A stretch of DNA of 64,000 nucleotides from an uncultured Clostridia bacterium. Lineage in GTDB: Bacteria; Bacillota; Clostridia; Christensenellales; UBA1242. The stretch lies in the NCBI GenBank assembly GCA_944377365.1, contig CALWEQ010000003.1, positions 2,429 to 66,428 of the forward strand. The letters are read 5' to 3'. This document shows, piece after piece, positions 46,625 to 55,700 of the stretch. Every line of letters starts with the position of its first letter. Position 1 is the stretch's first letter. The position numbers were made by a program, and so were the translations under genes. The notes under the pieces are model-generated. The model searched no databases. It worked only from the letters and a program-made list of their open reading frames with translations, and was not told where the DNA came from.

Positions 46625-47416
46625 TTACACCTTCCTTTTTAAATTTCTTCTAATATATCCCATAAAGCCACGATACTTCATTTCACAATCATATATTTTT
46701 TTTGTGCCTGTGTGAATGTTTTCACATAAAAGAGTAAATGCCCTTGTCGACTCTGCCGAGTTCAAGTAGCCACCTATTGAGCAAGCACTTGAAATTGCGT
46801 CATCTTCTGGAATAACGCCATACAGTGGCAAATGCATTGCACGGACAACGTCTTCAACCTTTAACATTTCTCCACTAGCAAGCAAATCTCCCCTCAAACG
46901 ATTTATTACCAGCCCTTTGCTTGTCAAATCATACTCATTTAAAAGCCCAATAACTTTGCTTGCATCACGTAAACTCGACAAGTGTGGTGTTACAACCACA
47001 ATGGCTTCATTAGCAGAAAACACTGCTCGGTGAAAACCCGCATCAACTCCTGCCGGGCAATCGATCAATATATAATCAAATGAAGAATCAAGCATATTCA
47101 AAACACTTCTTATATGCTCGCCAAGTATTTTTGTTTTGCCTGTGTTGTGAGATGATGGTAGCAAAAAGAGATTTTGAAAACTGCTGTCTTCAATTAAAGC
47201 TTGTTTTGCACGGCATCTACCCATGATGACGTCTGTTATGTCAAAAACAACATTTTTTTCTAGCCCCATTACAACGTCCAAATTGTTTAGTCCTATGTCA
47301 ACATCTACGAGCACTGTCCTAAAACCAAGGCTCGCAAGTTGCACACCAAGGTTTGCACATATGGTCGTTTTTCCTACACCGCCTTTGCCACTTGTTAAGA
47401 CGATTTTCCTTGCCAT
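46625..47416 (-). CDS. minD: Septum site-determining protein MinD
   Basis: Deviant Walker A SGKGGVGKTT. The ATG at 47416 follows AGGAGG; the track ORF extends further upstream. Confidence 0.9.
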   Translation of the reverse strand: MARKIVLTSGKGGVGKTTICANLGVQLASLGFRTVLVDVDIGLNNLDVVMGLEKNVVFDITDVIMGRCRAKQALIEDSSFQNLFLLPSSHNTGKTKILGEHIRSVLNMLDSSFDYILIDCPAGVDAGFHRAVFSANEAIVVVTPHLSSLRDASKVIGLLNEYDLTSKGLVINRLRGDLLASGEMLKVEDVVRAMHLPLYGVIPEDDAISSACSIGGYLNSAESTRAFTLLCENIHTGTKKIYDCEMKYRGFMGYIRRNLKRKV

Positions 47417-47516
47417 CATTCCTCCTATTAAACAAAAAAATTTTACTAAATAGGCAAAAAAAAAGAAAGAATAATTTTGTTGAAAAATCATTCTTTCTTG
47501 TCGAGATAAAGACATT

Positions 47517-48512
47517 TTAATTTTTAGCTATTATTTTTAGCAAAGCATCATCATTAATCAATTTTCCAGCCCCATAAATAGCCAAATTTTCAGGATTGTC
47601 AGATATAACAAAATTGTAAGGTAAATTTCTTTTTAAAAAGTCTTCTAAACCAAACAATTTGCTCACACCACCTGTAAAAATAACACCGCTCTTTATCACG
47701 TCTGTCGAAATTTCTGGTGGTAACGAATTTATTGTAACATTTATTGTTCGTACGATTTCTTCCATATGCGCTTTTATCACTTTTTGAATGTCTTTACATG
47801 AAACTATCCTTGATTTTGGTACGTTGTTTTCTATATCAAGCCCCATTATTTCCATGTTTAGAGTGTCGTTCTTATACAAACTTCCAACCTCATTCTTGAC
47901 TTTTTCAGCTGTTGGAAGGCCAATCAAAATTCCATCTTTGCCAAGCGCCAACGAATTTGCAATCGCAATATCAATTGTTTTTCCACCTATACCGAGAGTA
48001 ACACCCTTCAATATAGATCCCAAATTTACAACTGCAACATCTGTCGTTGCCGCGCCAATATCAACTATCATATTTGCTTTTGATGAAACAACATTGACCC
48101 CATGCCCTATTAAAGAACAAATCACAGATGGAATAAGCAAAACTTCATTAAATCCCAATTTTTCGAATAATGAGTAATATTTTTCTTGCTCCTCTTTTGA
48201 CAATCCACAAGGAATTAAGCAAATTACGTTTGCACCTTTTCTGTAACCGACCTTTTTTAAAAAGGTTTGCAACATGATTTGTGCATATTCAAAGTTTTCT
48301 ATCACACCGTTTGCCATAGGGTTAAACACTTCAACATCATCTGTGGTTTTCCAAAGCAATTTTTTTGCATCAACACCGACAGCCCTAACCTTGTAGCCTT
48401 CTAAACCTTTTTCAACCGCAAGTAAAGTTGGCTCTTTCAAAACAAAGCCTTGACCTCTAAGGAAAATGTTGGTATTAGCCCCACCGAGTTCTATCGCGTA
48501 TTTATAACGCAC
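47517..48512 (-). CDS. mreB: MreB-family actin-like protein
   Basis: IELGGANTNIF..GFVLKEPTLLAV, DIGAATTDVAV, FTGGVSKL. Confidence 0.85.
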   Translation of the reverse strand: MRYKYAIELGGANTNIFLRGQGFVLKEPTLLAVEKGLEGYKVRAVGVDAKKLLWKTTDDVEVFNPMANGVIENFEYAQIMLQTFLKKVGYRKGANVICLIPCGLSKEEQEKYYSLFEKLGFNEVLLIPSVICSLIGHGVNVVSSKANMIVDIGAATTDVAVVNLGSILKGVTLGIGGKTIDIAIANSLALGKDGILIGLPTAEKVKNEVGSLYKNDTLNMEIMGLDIENNVPKSRIVSCKDIQKVIKAHMEEIVRTINVTINSLPPEISTDVIKSGVIFTGGVSKLFGLEDFLKRNLPYNFVISDNPENLAIYGAGKLINDDALLKIIAKN

Positions 48513-48523
48513 ATCGCACCTCC

Positions 48524-50005
48524 TTAAATGAGTTGTAAATTCTTTTTGAAGAATTTGCGATAATCTTTTGCAACCTTCATTCCTTGCATGATTTCGTAGG
48601 TTGGATCGCTGTTGACAATCAATTTCATAATAACAGAATCTCCCAATATGTCACACATTACATCAGTCACTACAAGTTTTTTAGAACTGTTGAGCGCGGC
48701 GGCAAGCCTAACTATTACACCAAGTTTTCTTACCGCATTTAAATCTTCATCTGTCAAAATGCTGTTATATTTCATCCATTTTGAAAGAGAAAAATTGTCT
48801 GCCAATTGGCATTCACATATAAATGCCCCTAAAAGCAAATCCTTTTGACTAACACCGCAAAGTCCAGAATTTAATATGGCGTAAAATCCGTGTTTTTCAA
48901 AATCTTCGAAAGAAATTTTCTTACCAATATCAAACATATAAGCTGCAACTCTCATTGGTTTTACATACATTCTAGGAAGTTTGTGCATTACTTTTAATTG
49001 TTTAAACAGTATTCCTGCCATATTTGCTATTCTGTTGTTAATAGACAAATCTTTGTTTTCAAATTCATAAATGTTGAAAAATGAATTTGCAAGAAGATCA
49101 GACAATTTTTCCTGTGTGTCTGTCGACAAATTGTTTGCCACAACACCATCTCTAACACAAGCGGTCGAAACATTTACTTGTGAAAAATTAAAATGTTCAT
49201 AAAGTGCTGATATAATGGCAAGACTTGAATACAACACTTCAGTTCTGTCATTTACCAAGCCTTTCACTTTTTTGACTTTCTCAACGTCTAACCCTTTTAC
49301 AAATTCAACAACTGATTTTGCAGTCGCTTTGTTTACTTCATAGTTGTTGTCTATTTCGAGTGGATATTTTGCAACTTTTTTTGCTATTCTTCCCAAGTTG
49401 ACGAAAGGCACACCCGCTCCCACAATTAAGCTTTCAGTTTCAAACTTAAAATCTCTTGCTTTTAACTCTGCCAAAAACAAATCTTTCATCTGATCAAAGG
49501 TTTTTTCGGAACCTTCCATGATGTTTTCATATCCATAAGGTATGCTTAATAAACCTAACGTTGATCTGCGATTGTAACGAATGAGAAAAGTTTCATTTTC
49601 ACTGATGTAAACTATCCCGCCCTTTGAACTGTCAATAGAATTTAAAACTGAGGTATAAATATTTTTAACAGATTCTTCTTCAGTCGTAAAGGTAAAATTT
49701 AATCCAGTGTTATTAAAAATCTCGTCAAAAAAACCTCTTTGATTGCGTGCCTTTGCAATTATATTGTCTGCAACTGCAATGATTTTCTGAACTTGACATT
49801 CTTCTATCACATTACGATAGATTTTTAATATTGAAACTATGTCTGTGATTGTTTTTGGCCTTAACAACTTTTCTTCTGATATATCTTTAAAAATCGATAC
49901 TCCATCTTCTTCTTTTCTAACAAGTTTAAATCTTCCATTCTTCGTGTCATAAATTGAAAGTTTAACCAAAGAATCAGCAAGCTCAATTACGGCAATTTTT
50001 TCCAT
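48524..50005 (-). CDS. Ppx/GppA-family-like protein with an HD-like C-domain; phosphate-binding loops degenerate
   Basis: AVIELADSLVKLSI sits where Ppx has AAVDLGSNSF. IVYISENETFLI sits where Ppx has VIDIGGGSTEL. VRDGVV matches LREGVL. AAYMFDIGKKISFEDFEKHGFY sits where Ppx has AAMLHEVG..HHRHSAY. Confidence 0.55.
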   Translation of the reverse strand: MEKIAVIELADSLVKLSIYDTKNGRFKLVRKEEDGVSIFKDISEEKLLRPKTITDIVSILKIYRNVIEECQVQKIIAVADNIIAKARNQRGFFDEIFNNTGLNFTFTTEEESVKNIYTSVLNSIDSSKGGIVYISENETFLIRYNRRSTLGLLSIPYGYENIMEGSEKTFDQMKDLFLAELKARDFKFETESLIVGAGVPFVNLGRIAKKVAKYPLEIDNNYEVNKATAKSVVEFVKGLDVEKVKKVKGLVNDRTEVLYSSLAIISALYEHFNFSQVNVSTACVRDGVVANNLSTDTQEKLSDLLANSFFNIYEFENKDLSINNRIANMAGILFKQLKVMHKLPRMYVKPMRVAAYMFDIGKKISFEDFEKHGFYAILNSGLCGVSQKDLLLGAFICECQLADNFSLSKWMKYNSILTDEDLNAVRKLGVIVRLAAALNSSKKLVVTDVMCDILGDSVIMKLIVNSDPTYEIMQGMKVAKDYRKFFKKNLQLI

Positions 50006-50018
50006 GATTTAACTCCTT

Positions 50019-50189
50019 TTAATCAAAATCTATTGCATTTACTGGACAACTAGAGGCACACGCTCCACAATGTATGCATTTTTTTTGATCAATAACTGCT
50101 TTGCCTTTTGAATCAAATGAGATCGCTTCCACTGGGCATATAGCCACGCAAGTTCCACAACTAATACATTTTTTTTGATTGATTTTCAT
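50019..50189 (-). CDS. 2x[4Fe-4S] ferredoxin (56 aa), not in the ORF track
   Basis: Translation: MKINQKKCISCGTCVAICPVEAISFDSKGKAVIDQKKCIHCGACASSCPVNAIDFD. It has two CxxCxxCxxxCP motifs, and SD AAGGAG lies 5 nt upstream. Confidence 0.85.
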   Translation of the reverse strand: MKINQKKCISCGTCVAICPVEAISFDSKGKAVIDQKKCIHCGACASSCPVNAIDFD

Positions 50190-50316
50190 GTCAACTCCTT
50201 ATGTCGACATTATAACATAAAGCCTGAGTTTTGTAAACTGTTTTCTTAAATTCTTTTTAATTTTATAACTACAAAAGAAAAAACACAATGAAGGCATTTC
50301 TCTAGTCATAGTTTTC

Positions 50317-50709
50317 TTAATTTTTCTTTGTTGAAACTGATTTTTTTTCTTTTTTAGTTGCTTTTAAAAATTCAAAAACACTTAAAACGCACAAGAAAGC
50401 TCCAAAACATTTTCTTAAAATATAACTCGGCAAAACTGTTGCTAAAAAAGAACCTCCAACAGCAGAAATCAATCCACCAATTATAATCCAAAAAACGCCT
50501 TTGGTTTCTATTAAGTTGTTGTGTAAATGTATGCAAATAGATATAATAGCCATAACTAAAAAGCTTAGCAAATTTATTCCTTGACTTAATTGTTGATCAA
50601 AACCTAAAAAAATCGTAAGTATAGGTATTAAAATTGTTCCACCACCCATACCAAGTCCTCCAAAAAAACCGCCTAAAATTCCAAATAATATCTGTAAGAA
50701 AATCATCAT
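50317..50709 (-). CDS. TauE/SafE (TSUP) family transporter, C-terminal 4-TM half as a separate gene
   Basis: GGLGMGGGTILIPIL motif and four TMs. ATGA overlap with the upstream half. Confidence 0.7.
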   Translation of the reverse strand: MMIFLQILFGILGGFFGGLGMGGGTILIPILTIFLGFDQQLSQGINLLSFLVMAIISICIHLHNNLIETKGVFWIIIGGLISAVGGSFLATVLPSYILRKCFGAFLCVLSVFEFLKATKKEKKSVSTKKN

Positions 50710-51098
50710 ATCAAAAGTCTAACACCTCCTGCGAGCATTACAAAAGCAAAAACTATTCTTATGACTTTTCCTGGCATTATTTTTAATGCTATAGACCCAA
50801 TTATACCTCCTAGCAAAACACCCAAACCTACAGTCAAAAGAGGCAACGACTCAATAGCTCCTTTAAATATGTAAATTGCACAGCTCACAACCGAAAGCGG
50901 AAATATAACAGCAATAGCAGTAGCGTGAGCATGCTTGTTGTCAAGTTTTAACACTCTTTCTAATGCTGGAACGCACACCATTCCTCCTCCTCCACCAAAA
51001 AAACCATTTAAAAAGCCTATGACTCCGCCAAGGGACACCAACAACAATGTCTTTTGAAACTTTTTGTGTTTATTAAAAAAACTTTTTTTCATAATCAT
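50706..51098 (-). CDS. TauE/SafE (TSUP) family transporter, N-terminal 4-TM half as a separate gene
   Basis: GFFGGGGGMVCVPAL motif and four TMs. Start is uncertain (TTG 51110, ATG 51098 or ATG 51092); no SD. Confidence 0.65.
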   Translation of the reverse strand: MIMKKSFFNKHKKFQKTLLLVSLGGVIGFLNGFFGGGGGMVCVPALERVLKLDNKHAHATAIAVIFPLSVVSCAIYIFKGAIESLPLLTVGLGVLLGGIIGSIALKIMPGKVIRIVFAFVMLAGGVRLLI

Positions 51099-51117
51099 TA
51101 TTCTTAGCAAAAAGTGT

Positions 51118-51146
51118 TTGATTATTAATTAAATTTGTTGTATACT
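51118..51146 (+). promoter_or_regulatory. Sigma-A promoter for the 51181 surface-protein gene
   Basis: TTGATT, 17-nt spacer, TATACT. Confidence 0.45.
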
Positions 51147-51180
51147 ATATTTGATATTTTTTATACAAGGATTTTGCAAA

Positions 51181-54100
51181 ATGAAAAAACAAAAAAGAGG
51201 ACTTAAAATTTTAACTTTTGGGCTAGCATCTCTTGCTTTGCCACTTTCTATGATTGGCTTAACTTTGCCACAATCTTCGACGTCGGCTAATAATGACTAC
51301 TATTCTGCACCCGTGTCAATAACCAATGGCAGTTTCAATTCTATCTCTGGAACATATGATGAAGGCGACACGACAGGCTGGACATTAAAATACGGTTCCA
51401 AAGGCGCAAAAGCTATGATAATGGACGTTGAAAACAATTACACGTATAACTCGTCAAACGTCTATTATCTTCGAGAAAATCCAGGAAAATATGGAAAAGA
51501 CAACAAAATATTGATGATTAATTCAGCAAACGCATCACCAAGTAGCGACGCCTTTCAGCCGACAGATGTTAACGAAGGATACATTTCAAACGAAATTACA
51601 CTTTCAGCAAACAGCTACTATGAATTTGTCGTAGCAGTAAAAACAGCCACATTTAATGATTCAACTGAATATGCCTCAATTTACATATCAGGTCTTGAAG
51701 ACAATAATGGCGAACAGGTTGAATTGTCACAAACAAAAATCACTTCTAGAGATTGGGAAAGACAGTACTTTTACATCGCAACGGGAACAGAATCACAAAC
51801 AATTACAATAGATTTGTGGTTGGGGACCGAAGAGCTTGGATCAAATGGTGCCGTTTTCTTCGATGAGGTAATGGGAACTCAATTTTCAGAAAACGCTTAT
51901 TACGACGCTTTAAACCTCAATAGTAGCGAAAATGTCAAACAGATTGACAAATCAGTGTTTGACAAACAAACAATCGTGGACACAACAAATTTAAATTTTG
52001 ATTTTGAAGATCAACGAAGCGAAACTGAAGTGGGCAACCTTTACGCATGGAAAATAAAAGAAAGCTCAAACAATGCAAATGCACGAATTTTAGAAATGAA
52101 TGAAAGCTTTTTTGAAAACACCACAGGCTTGACGTATCCAGGAACAGATATGACAAATAATAACACGAAAAGCATGGTTTTGTGGACAAACGAAGAAGGA
52201 TACATTCGTGTTGAATCATTGCCTTTTGAAATTAAAGCTTTGGGGTTATACAAAATAACTTTACGAGTTAAATTTACTGAACTTGAAAGCGGAAGTTTTT
52301 ATGCACAAATAAATGAAACTGAAAAAATTAAAGAAGATTTTGATTATCTTTCTACTTACACACCAAAAACAGAAACATCATCAGCGTTGTCTGAAAATGG
52401 CTCAAACAGTTATATTAATGGATATAACGAACTGACATTTTACATTCAAGGACACAGCAGATATGACTCAGAAGTGACTTTGTCGCTTTTGTTAGGAAAT
52501 TCTAGTGAGCTCGCCAAAGGTGGCGTCGTTGTAGACAACATAGTTTTAGAACAAATTGCTTTTGAAGATTTCTCCGCTGATGAAAACAGCTTACAACTTT
52601 CAACGACGAGCGAAGATGAAAGCATTGAAAATGGATACTTTACAAATGGACAGCCAACCGATTCAAATTTAACCTACCCTATCTCCCCATCCAGTTTTGA
52701 AATAAGCCAATCTTCATCCAACCACAAAAAAATGTCTGGGATTATAAATGTTTACGATGAATATTTTAACGAATACAAAACAAACTTCGCTTGGGCTGAA
52801 AACTTGGCAAATCCTGCTTCACCAAACGGGAAAACTGATGATGTAAACAACATTTTAATGATGTTTAATGAAGCTCCTGACTGGCAATCAATAACATCAA
52901 GCACATTTGATTTAACTGCAAACAACTACTTTAATTTTACGTTTGATTACAAAACTCTTGCTGACACAACTTTTAATATAAAACTTACTGACGAAGACGG
53001 AATAGTGATCTTGTATGAAAAAGGAATAGGTTCTAATGGGGTTTGGAAAACATACAGCAAATTGATCTATGCAGGAGAATCTTCAAGCTCTGTGACTGCA
53101 ACTATAGAATTAGGAACAGAAAACTCTCTCACCTCTGGTTATGCATTCTTTGACAATATGGAAAATCTCAGCTCTACCAAAGAATTGTTTGACATCGCTT
53201 CAAGCAAAGTTGACCTTTCTGGCTTTATGCTTTCGCTAGATCCAAACAATGAAATTGATTTCACTTTACGCGATGCAAATGCTTTTAAAGGTGCGATTGA
53301 AAGTGGCTCTACTGGAACTGCAATTGGTGGCATAATAAAGGGCGAAGGAAATGATTCATATGGTTATCGCGGACATGATTCAATCGATGACGGAAGTTTG
53401 CAAAATAAAAATGTTTTGGTGATAGAGTCACATGACAACGCTACTTACAGCTTAACATCAAAGTTTACTTTAAATCTTGAAGCTGACAATTTTTATGTTT
53501 TAAAATTTAGGCTTTTAACTTCTATGCCGGATGAGTTTAAATACACAGACAGCGAAGGAAATGAACATTTGTCATCGTTTGGCGTTAGCGTTGGGCTTGA
53601 CAGTTACAATTTGATTACGCAGTTGAAATCAAATGATGGCTGGTCAAATTATGAAATTTATTTTTCAGCAAGTGAAGCCGTCGAATCAAAGTTTGTTTTC
53701 AAACTTGTCAGCGACAAATTGACCGAACCGTGCTATGCTTATGTTACAGACCTTTCATTTGAAACAACAGACGAAACAACTTACAACAATGTAGAAAATT
53801 CAAAATATTTTGGCACAACAATCTATCGTGCCACGGAAACAGCAGAAGACACTGAAACTCCTGAAGAAGACAACACGCAAACCGACACGACAGAAGAACC
53901 AAACAACGATTACATTTGGTTGTTGATTCCTTCCCTTATATTCGGAGTAACAATTATACTAGCAGTTATACTTTTCTTCTTGCAAAAGTTTAAATGGAAC
54001 AAAAAAGAAAAAATAGGAAAAGACAAATATGATAGAGAACTATCTTTACATCAAGACATTCTAGCAAATGAGGCAAAGGCTGTGCGCGATGCCGAAATTA

Positions 54101-54426
54101 AATCAACGCAAAATCATATCGCAAGTTTACAATCACAAATTAACGATATTGAAAATGAAAACAAACAAACAGCAATTAAGGCAAGAGAAGAAGGAAAAGT
54201 CACAAAAGAAGTTCAACGAAAATTTAAATCATATATTCAAAAACGCACAAAACTGCAAAAAACAATTGAAGAATTAAACGAACATCTTTCATTTATTCAG
54301 TCTCCTGACTACTTGTTGATAATTGAAAAACGCATTATAGCAGACAAAAGAAGAACGGCGTCGTTAAATCAAAAAAAGAAAAAAGCCGAAGATAAGCAAT
54401 CAAAACAAACAAAATCAAAGCAATAA
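51181..54426 (+). CDS. Large type-I membrane protein: signal peptide, four reiterated beta-sandwich (CBM/galactose-binding-like) regions, TM segment, cytoplasmic Lys-rich coiled coil
   Basis: Signal peptide MKKQKRGLKILTFGLASLALPLSMIG. Reiterated openers are ITNGSFNS, NLNFDFED, IENGYFTNG and FKGAIESG. TM is WLLIPSLIFGVTIILAVILFFL. The tail of about 150 aa has heptad character. Confidence 0.75.
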   Translation: MKKQKRGLKILTFGLASLALPLSMIGLTLPQSSTSANNDYYSAPVSITNGSFNSISGTYDEGDTTGWTLKYGSKGAKAMIMDVENNYTYNSSNVYYLRENPGKYGKDNKILMINSANASPSSDAFQPTDVNEGYISNEITLSANSYYEFVVAVKTATFNDSTEYASIYISGLEDNNGEQVELSQTKITSRDWERQYFYIATGTESQTITIDLWLGTEELGSNGAVFFDEVMGTQFSENAYYDALNLNSSENVKQIDKSVFDKQTIVDTTNLNFDFEDQRSETEVGNLYAWKIKESSNNANARILEMNESFFENTTGLTYPGTDMTNNNTKSMVLWTNEEGYIRVESLPFEIKALGLYKITLRVKFTELESGSFYAQINETEKIKEDFDYLSTYTPKTETSSALSENGSNSYINGYNELTFYIQGHSRYDSEVTLSLLLGNSSELAKGGVVVDNIVLEQIAFEDFSADENSLQLSTTSEDESIENGYFTNGQPTDSNLTYPISPSSFEISQSSSNHKKMSGIINVYDEYFNEYKTNFAWAENLANPASPNGKTDDVNNILMMFNEAPDWQSITSSTFDLTANNYFNFTFDYKTLADTTFNIKLTDEDGIVILYEKGIGSNGVWKTYSKLIYAGESSSSVTATIELGTENSLTSGYAFFDNMENLSSTKELFDIASSKVDLSGFMLSLDPNNEIDFTLRDANAFKGAIESGSTGTAIGGIIKGEGNDSYGYRGHDSIDDGSLQNKNVLVIESHDNATYSLTSKFTLNLEADNFYVLKFRLLTSMPDEFKYTDSEGNEHLSSFGVSVGLDSYNLITQLKSNDGWSNYEIYFSASEAVESKFVFKLVSDKLTEPCYAYVTDLSFETTDETTYNNVENSKYFGTTIYRATETAEDTETPEEDNTQTDTTEEPNNDYIWLLIPSLIFGVTIILAVILFFLQKFKWNKKEKIGKDKYDRELSLHQDILANEAKAVRDAEIKSTQNHIASLQSQINDIENENKQTAIKAREEGKVTKEVQRKFKSYIQKRTKLQKTIEELNEHLSFIQSPDYLLIIEKRIIADKRRTASLNQKKKKAEDKQSKQTKSKQ

Positions 54427-54440
54427 AATTATGCAATAAA

Positions 54441-54469
54441 AAACACGACTGATAAGTCGTGTTTTTTTA
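54441..54469. terminator. Bidirectional intrinsic terminator
   Basis: AAACACGACT-GATA-AGTCGTGTTT followed by T-run. Confidence 0.7.
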
Positions 54470-54496
54470 TTTTTATAATATAATAGTTTATATTAA

Positions 54497-54994
54497 TTAA
54501 TCGTCATCATAATCGTCGTCATCGTCGTCATCTTCGTCTTCGTCATCATCATCGTCATCATCGTCAAAATCTAAGTCATCGTCAAGTTCTTCATCGAGAT
54601 CAAGATCATCATCGATATCGTCATCAAAATCCATGTCACCATCAAATCCACCATCTAAAATGTCGGTGTCGTCAATATCATGAACTGATGCCATCTCACC
54701 CGTTTCTTCATCAGGTGAAACATAATCGTCCTCTTCATCACGTTCAATATACCTGCTCCAATCAGCATTGACTTCGCCATCTTCAGTTTGGTGCTCTTTT
54801 AAGCATGTAGAACACATGATCTCGTCGGGTTGAATATAATTCGTCTTACAAATTGGGCAAAGCTCCAAATCAAGATCATCAAGATAATCGTCTTTGTTTG
54901 ATAATTCAGCCTGACAAACAGAACAGAGCTTTTCGCCTTTTTTAATAAAGTTAAGTTCGCATCTTGGGCAACGCTTATATTCTGGTTTTTTCAT
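54497..54994 (-). CDS. Double zinc-ribbon protein with an extremely acidic (poly-Asp/Glu) C-terminal tail
   Basis: CPRC..17..CSVC and CPIC..14..CSTC pairs. The last ~95 aa are mostly D/E and end DDDDDDDDEDEDDDDDDDYDDD. SD is GGAGG. Confidence 0.75.
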   Translation of the reverse strand: MKKPEYKRCPRCELNFIKKGEKLCSVCQAELSNKDDYLDDLDLELCPICKTNYIQPDEIMCSTCLKEHQTEDGEVNADWSRYIERDEEDDYVSPDEETGEMASVHDIDDTDILDGGFDGDMDFDDDIDDDLDLDEELDDDLDFDDDDDDDDEDEDDDDDDDYDDD

Positions 54995-55079
54995 ATTACC
55001 TCCAAAATTCTATTGCAATTATACCTATAAAATATAATAATGTCTATCATTTTTACATAGTTTTTTAAAAAATTTTTCA

Positions 55080-55700
55080 TTAATTTTTTTCTTCAGCTGA
55101 AGACTTACGAATATATTTAATAGATATTTGTTTTGCGGAAAAAAGTTCACCTCGCGATTGCAACATTAAAGCATAATTCAACAAATCTTCGCTGTCAAAA
55201 TTCAAAGAATTTGGCAAAAAGCCCTCTTCAAGCAAACAATATTTTGCACCCTTGCCTTTTAAAACTTCAGCACCAGTTTCAATATGCTCGTCTTTTGTTT
55301 TTTTACCTTTTTTTGTGTAAGTTGCGCTGTAAAATTTTCCGCCCTGTGCATTCATGACGCAAGAGAAATTTTGTGTTGGAGCAAAATGCTTAATAACACT
55401 GTAAGCAATAAGATCCAATGTGGGAATCAAAGCGACTTTGTGCTGTTTTTGTCCTGCACAAAAGCCCTTGATCAGCGAAGCGCCTATTCTTAATCCAGTA
55501 AATGATCCTGGACCAACAACTAAACCAAAATTGCCAACATCATTAAGTGATATGCCTGCTTCTGACAACATTTCATCAATTTGCACCAAAATTCGTTCTG
55601 ACTGACTGCAATCGGCGTCTATTTCTCGGTAAAATTTTTTGTCATTATGTTCAAGAGCTATTAAAGCTTTTTTCGTAGCTGTAGAAATAGCTAACATCAT
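55080..55700 (-). CDS. tsaB: tRNA t6A biosynthesis protein TsaB
   Basis: MLAISTATKKALIAL.., GPGSFTGLRIG. The ATG at 55700 overlaps the tsaE stop (ATGA) after AGGAGG; the track ORF is over-extended. Confidence 0.85.
   Translation of the reverse strand: MMLAISTATKKALIALEHNDKKFYREIDADCSQSERILVQIDEMLSEAGISLNDVGNFGLVVGPGSFTGLRIGASLIKGFCAGQKQHKVALIPTLDLIAYSVIKHFAPTQNFSCVMNAQGGKFYSATYTKKGKKTKDEHIETGAEVLKGKGAKYCLLEEGFLPNSLNFDSEDLLNYALMLQSRGELFSAKQISIKYIRKSSAEEKN

Noticed and set aside
54497-54640. The GAT/GAC triplet run as a non-coding microsatellite.
   Set aside because: It is in frame and encodes the poly-Asp tail of a gene with a strong SD. I kept it only as a possible slippage-prone coding tract.
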